64,000 nucleotides of DNA from Octopus bimaculoides (taxonomy: Eukaryota), in NCBI RefSeq assembly GCF_001194135.2, contig NC_068995.1, forward strand, positions 38,492,871-38,556,870, in the 5' to 3' direction. Below, piece after piece: positions 60,662 through 64,000 of the stretch. The first letter of the stretch is position 1. Each line of letters begins with the position of its first letter. The notes under the pieces are model-generated. The model saw only the letters and a program-made list of their open reading frames with translations, was not told the DNA's origin and did not search any database. The position numbers and the translations under genes are program-made.

Positions 60662-62770
60662 CTAGCAGAATTGATCGGCGCTGCCTGCGTTAAAGAAAAT
60701 AATGAAATTTAAAAACACCCTCTAGATTACGAAGGTCTCAACTGCTAGTAGCTAAGATGCTAACTTTCTACGTAACTCTTCAACCCATGCCAACATGGAA
60801 CATAGAAGTTAAGTGAAATTTGAAAAGAAAGTTTTCAACTAATATATGTATATAAAGTAAATACATGTTTGTCTAACTTTTTTCGTAACCAAAAAGCAGC
60901 TACAGATTATAACAATGAAAGGCCGTACGTAGAGTGCACACAGACACAGACACATACACACACACACAGACACACACACAAACAGACAACGAATATTTCA
61001 CACTATTGTTTCTCTTTTATACAGACAGATAAACATTCACGCATGTCACTCGGAAAGTGAAAGTGTAATAGTAATACTTTTAACACTCAATGGTTTTACA
61101 CTTCTATATATGATATGGACTTTACTATTCATGTAATTGCTTCTTTATATGCTGTATTTTCTGTCTTGCCACGTTTATATGTTTATCACTGAGATTATAG
61201 AGGTTCTTTTCATCTCCTGCTCTTGAGCATCCAGCATACAGCTGACCATGTGAGAAGCAAGGTTGAAGGAGGTTAAGTCTCACCGCATTTAGAGATTGAC
61301 CTTGTGCTTTGTTGATAGACATTGCGAAGCTAGCGTTGACAAGAAACTGCAGTCACTTGAACTTAAAGTGGAGATCATTTGAGATGACAGGTATCCTTGG
61401 AATAAAGGCATTCTCAACCATGTTGCCATGATGGAGAAGAGGTTTTTCAGTTGCATGTCAGACTTGCACATTTGTGCCTGTCAGCGTGGCAGCCCAGCGT
61501 GCATCATCTTCCAGAAGACCTCTGAGATGGCAAGCCTGGTGATATATTTGACATACTGTGTTATCAACCGTACGTAAGGCTAGAAATGATGTATGTTCCT
61601 TGACATGGTGTAATAGAAACCTTAAATAGTAGCACACTGAGTAGTTGGGATAGGCAACATAATCTCAACACAGAGCGTGTCTGATTTCTTGGTTCCAGGA
61701 TGATGTAAGTGTGCTCCAAGTGCACGTCATTTCCATTTCTTTTGGTGTCAGGCATAGAATTGTGAAACTTTGTTGTATAGCAGCCTTCTAGCAAATTCAT
61801 CATCTTGACAGAGCTTGAAGAATGCTGTGAGTGTGGTATTTGTTAGAGTTTCCATTTGTAGTTGGGATGTGTTTGTCAGTGTGCTCTCTGTGAGATGGAG
61901 GGCAATATCACGCTTGTCATCTTCTTGCCCAAACAGAAGCACAGCTATTTCATTTGCTGCTGTCGCATTAAACCTCCCTCCATGTTACCTGGATAGTTTC
62001 TTGCCTGATCTGATTACTAATTTGTAATCAATTGAGTCATGTGGAATTGTTTCAAGTGCAGTCTTAAAGCTTCTGATCAGGTTATTGTTGTTATGCAGCG
62101 TCTTTTGCAGAGACACTACAATGTTCATCCTGATGCCGAAAGTGTTCTTGAACCTCTCTTGCCTTCCTGTTAAGAATTACCCATAAAATATATTTGAAGG
62201 AAATTTGGTGATTCATTTGACAGGTAGTAGAGAGCCAATCCGATGATAAATCTGACCTTGGACCTTGAAAGTTTGCATGAATCCCGGATCAAATTATATC
62301 TAATGTGGCTCCAAATGATGTCATCTGTGGTGCAGCATTGTACTAACTTAATGTTGTTTTGGAGGTACGTGGGATCTTGGTCAGTTCTTGACAACGGCTT
62401 CTTCAATTGCTCTAGAGGTTGGGGGATTGGAGTGAGTTTAACCTTTCCATCATTGCAGCACAGTGCCGTTGTCTCTCCAGATTACTTCTCTGCTTCACAA
62501 TGTATGCACTCAGTTGTCATTGCGCCAGTGGAAACTCTGGTAGTCTATTGTCATCTGCATAATGCACTGCTGGATTATATTTGAAAGCTGTTTCATAGAA
62601 GTTGCTTCGCTCTGCGGTGGGGATCCTATTCCTCGTCAGTCGTTCATACCTCTGTTCATCACTTTGAGATGCTCTGACTTTTGTAGTGCACAGTCTATTC
62701 GTTTCTAGGCATGCTTCTCTTTCTGCACCTATCTCTCTTACGCTGGACAGAGACATTCTTTTGATATTGT
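60662..62770 (-). mobile_element. Internally deleted Helitron (N-terminal, Rep and helicase fragments) with 3' CTAG terminus
   Basis: TAFKYNPAVHY; CIHCEAEK..LCCNDGKV; TTLTAFFKLCQDDEFARRLLY; MSINKAQGQSL..PCFSHGQLYAGCSR; 3' end GCAGGCAGCGCCGATCAATTCTGCTAG|T. Confidence 0.88.
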
Positions 62771-62799
62771 AGACAAATTGGCATAACTACAGATTTCTA

Positions 62800-63322
62800 C
62801 TCCGCCCCAAATTTGGATGATCCTAACTTTCAGAAAAATGAATAATTTTTAATTAATTTTTTTACGAATATCTGTTATATTAAGTAGATTCCGAATATAC
62901 AAACATTTTGGGAGTAAGTATTTTAGGAGGGAGTGGGTGGGGAATTTCGGAAACACACAAAACGGAGAAAATGAAACAAATATGGACGACTTGTTCCGAA
63001 ATACCCCCGAGTGAGGAACAATTCTCAAAAATAATCTCCAATAGTCTTTTCCTATAATTTCTATGTCCTCGAAATCTACATAGTCCGAGGTATAGTTATA
63101 GAGAATTCCATAAAAATATCCATTTTCTTGAGAGTTAAGCCAAATTGAAGTAAAATCCGGTGAAGTTTCATAAATTCCCCACCCCACCTAAAACACTTAC
63201 ATCCCGCCAACATCACACAAAATTGTATATTCCAAATCTACATGATATAACACATATTCGTAGAAAATTGTATTTAAAAATATCCATTTTCTGAAAGTTG
63301 TGATCATAAAATTAGGGGAGGG
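62800..63322. repeat. ~520-bp element bounded by ~40-bp imperfect inverted repeats
   Basis: CCCCAAATTTGGATGATCCTAACTTTCAGAAAAATG (62805-62840) is the inverse of CATTTTCTGAAAGTTGTGATCATAAAATTAGGGG (63285-63318). Confidence 0.65.
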
Positions 63323-63339
63323 GTAGAAATCGCTTCACA

Positions 63340-63605
63340 ACGAATACTGGTCTGTTTATGTCGTCGTAACTTAAACGTTCGGCATAATTGAGTGGTACAA
63401 TAAGTATTAGGCTTTCACTGACCACTGAATAAGTCCAAGGGTTGATTTTTCGACTAAAACCCTTTAAGGTTTTGCTGCATCATGACCGCAGTGAAATGGC
63501 TGAAACAAGTAAAAGACTATATATATCGCGGTGTTCTTTCCGTTTACGTGTAGCAGATCCTCTCACAAGACTTTGGTGGGGCCGAGGCTGCAGTAGAAGA
63601 TACTC
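63340..63605. mobile_element. SINE family B pieces (plus-strand 3' half, then an inverted core fragment)
   Basis: CGTAACTTAAACGTTCGGC..GACTAAAACCC..CATGACCGCAGTGAAATGGCTGAAACAAGTAAAAGA; then TTTGGTGGGGCCGAGGCTGCAGTAGAAGA. Confidence 0.7.
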
Positions 63606-63637
<32 letters not shown>

Positions 63638-64000
63638 NNNNNNNNNNNNNNNNNNNNNNNNNNNNNNNNNNNNNNNNNNNNNNNNNNNNNNNNNNNNNNN
63701 NNNNNNNNNNNNNNNNNNNNNNNNNNNNNNNNNNNNNNNNNNNNNNNNNNNNNNNNNNNNNNNNNGGGAGAGAGAGAGAGAAGGAAATGAATTTCCTATA
63801 CAGAAAATAAGTTAGCGCTCAGTAAATAGACCTAAGAAAACATAGAATAATGTAGGCTTCAATGAAAATTCAACTTTCGAGATATTGGCAATAAAAAACA
63901 GCATATACTGACCACCCACCCCTTTCACACAGACGCATGTATGCACACCTTCAAATATATACACAGTATACACTCTGCAACATCGGCTCTATGTCTTGCA

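Noticed and set aside
1173-63810. Long ORFs in the track that contain X-runs
   Set aside because: They are artefacts of translating across N-gaps flanked by (TA)n/(CA)n

Overview
AT-rich eukaryotic genomic DNA from a draft assembly, with about 12 N-gaps that mostly abut (TA)n/(CA)n microsatellites. The repeat content (tRNA-headed SINEs with (AAT)n tails, abundant microsatellites, R4/Dong, RTE, Penelope-like and Chapaev elements) points to an invertebrate, most likely an octopod cephalopod (inference). There are no prokaryotic features, CRISPR arrays, rRNA or true tRNA genes. Most of the window is decayed transposable elements: 3 mariner remnants, a DD37D/maT-like Tc1-mariner, piggyBac, Chapaev3, 2 Helitrons, R4/Dong, Tx1-like L1, RTE, CR1, Penelope-like elements with hammerhead-ribozyme remnants, 3 SINE families and several MITE/foldback structures. 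The one well-supported host-gene signal, absent from the ORF track, is a minus-strand exon at 55699-55834. It aligns to the N-terminal exon of secreted phospholipase A2 (group I/II fold) with matching intron phases but a rewritten Ca2+-binding loop. Several weaker candidate exons also lie on the minus strand. All protein comparisons were made by eye against recalled family motifs, not by database search, and element boundaries are approximate unless a TIR or TSD is quoted.
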